From positions 6,144,001-6,208,000 of the forward strand of contig OZ252299.1 of assembly GCA_965250285.1 (NCBI GenBank): 64,000 nucleotides of DNA, written 5' to 3'. Positions 63,801 to 64,000 of the stretch are shown one piece after another. The translations under genes were made by a program, and so were the position numbers. Numbering within the stretch: position 1 is the stretch's first letter; every line of letters begins with the position of its first letter. A model generated the notes under the pieces. The model made no database searches. It was given only the letters and a program-made list of their open reading frames with translations, and was not told the origin of the DNA. This DNA is from Myxococcota bacterium. GTDB lineage: Bacteria; Myxococcota_A; UBA9160; UBA4427.

Positions 63801-64000
63801 GAGACCCGCTATGGCGTGGGTGCGGCGTGCACGAACTTCGTGCCGCTCGCCGACGACGGCGACGCCTTCGACGAGTACGTCTACCGGATCACCGTCACCA
63901 ACGAGGCAGCGGCCGGCGGCGTGCCCCGTGCGCCCGCCTACGACGTCACGGTCACGAGCGTGACCGACGCCAGCGACCAGCTCGAGGTGCTCGCGCTGAC
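60888..64000 (+). CDS. Giant secreted protein with DUF11/Ig-like repeats (3' part outside window)
   Basis: Not in ORF track. TTG 60888 after GAGG; signal IRRAIAIASWAIALLCLSGASAQA|QP; modules GDDIIWRLRVRNDGEAPLQDFVF, LSVELTNNGGHDADDY, QLTLVKEVCN...YVYRITVTN...APAYDVTVT; no stop seen to 64000. Start uncertain. Confidence 0.85.
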   Translation, partial: MQHQSDIREQRGSTERAATPVRAGIRRAIAIASWAIALLCLSGASAQAQPVPATCPAQLGTETLVRHDMSVSFCELCDVGQATIVVENPLSTFPGDVDFSDITVVENLRNTGLTYAGNPQFSFNNAIPTGAFAPTVSGTDDEILTWDLPAGFTLPEVPGFGTSSSITIQFDVERQSSFTEEGLVTSTPDRDIQASVILEPSCAPGEIYGQSTGLNELPLQEPELNLALSGRNLDAAQGGWSDPVYGHEGDDIIWRLRVRNDGEAPLQDFVFDMALFDSVGGPGDFELTHICTTNGAAAAASAGASPANCRSLAGTSSSPNLDIAALFGGGANPYIVLGPNSQRFFYFAGRVNTSCDELDALADNAQWGCQSEPPVGGISQSSTGITDDGTGLLRTESEEARLDFDVDFQGVNDPSQPLGARGNVVVTINNVSRGTIYGDTDGIELQVDLPAQYVVDPSLPPIFDMDPAYGNYQGMIDTMSWDNPDPGTDPDPSADPNAQLNNDSLQFTLTSSSQNAPGGPYPIQEHLIRHGDVVTITIRVVQIDPTYYDLDADLDIRLEDPASTPMPNTDPTQTFGVTGQADVSYEEFCTGNNHLVSDVEFDTANPEDLDVDMTGGELVFILTDSGDPLPLSVELTNNGGHDADDYQAYVTFGQAMQVSTVAPGCTLTTNPPPLPEWQLPDPLPATGTVYICDRGTIGPGDTEVFNFEVVKNPTPPFDDDLTFRADVIGESHLADGTPLWFPVPQPRGDGITDRGNNYTVDGLRARVVGYNLLKTQLGDCNENNPPPGTPDDLVQIGEECTFRVESGGWFGFETPGFTYIAVQNVQVVDQNPDGQTYISSTDPLIESTTQIQGVTFTPPAVPLTDDWFDWTFNTDPLTQRITELDHWFRTNFVTRMMNDPIDAAGAPNQHAATSSNVLTSTFEAVFFNPSIGGEEIFTLGPSTIGFPREVFRRVDVTVTEPQLTLVKEVCNETRYGVGAACTNFVPLADDGDAFDEYVYRITVTNEAAAGGVPRAPAYDVTVTSVTDASDQLEVLAL

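Overview
High-GC bacterial chromosomal window; gene content and the Agl/Glt-like cluster suggest a deltaproteobacterial/Myxococcota-like lineage (inference). It holds, in order: (i) a housekeeping block (MsbA-like ABC exporter cut by the window edge, FAD oxidoreductase, purM, GT2, MdlA/B-like ABC pair, smc, Coq4-like, ftsY, DUF805); (ii) a ~14 kb accessory island (15.6-29.7 kb) resembling an acid-resistance module (FMN glutamate synthase-like, PoxB-like, ClcA, GadB, DUF3313-like lipoprotein, RND pump, minimal K+ channel) with no GadC in the window; (iii) glpK, a GDPD gene, gltBD, zapB-zapA-ygfA-tyrS (no room for the usual 6S RNA); (iv) a complete rRNA operon (16S, tRNA-Ile, tRNA-Ala, 23S, 5S) ending in four tandem hairpins; (v) a LuxR-type regulator and an exported hypothetical; (vi) the highlight: a 9-gene TPR/ExbB/ExbD/ExbD/TonB-C operon resembling the Agl-Glt core, followed by a c-di-GMP-I riboswitch and a >1000-aa secreted DUF11-like repeat protein that the ORF track misses because it runs off the window. 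Short tandem duplications sit at several gene junctions. All family calls come from motif recognition by eye, not database searches.
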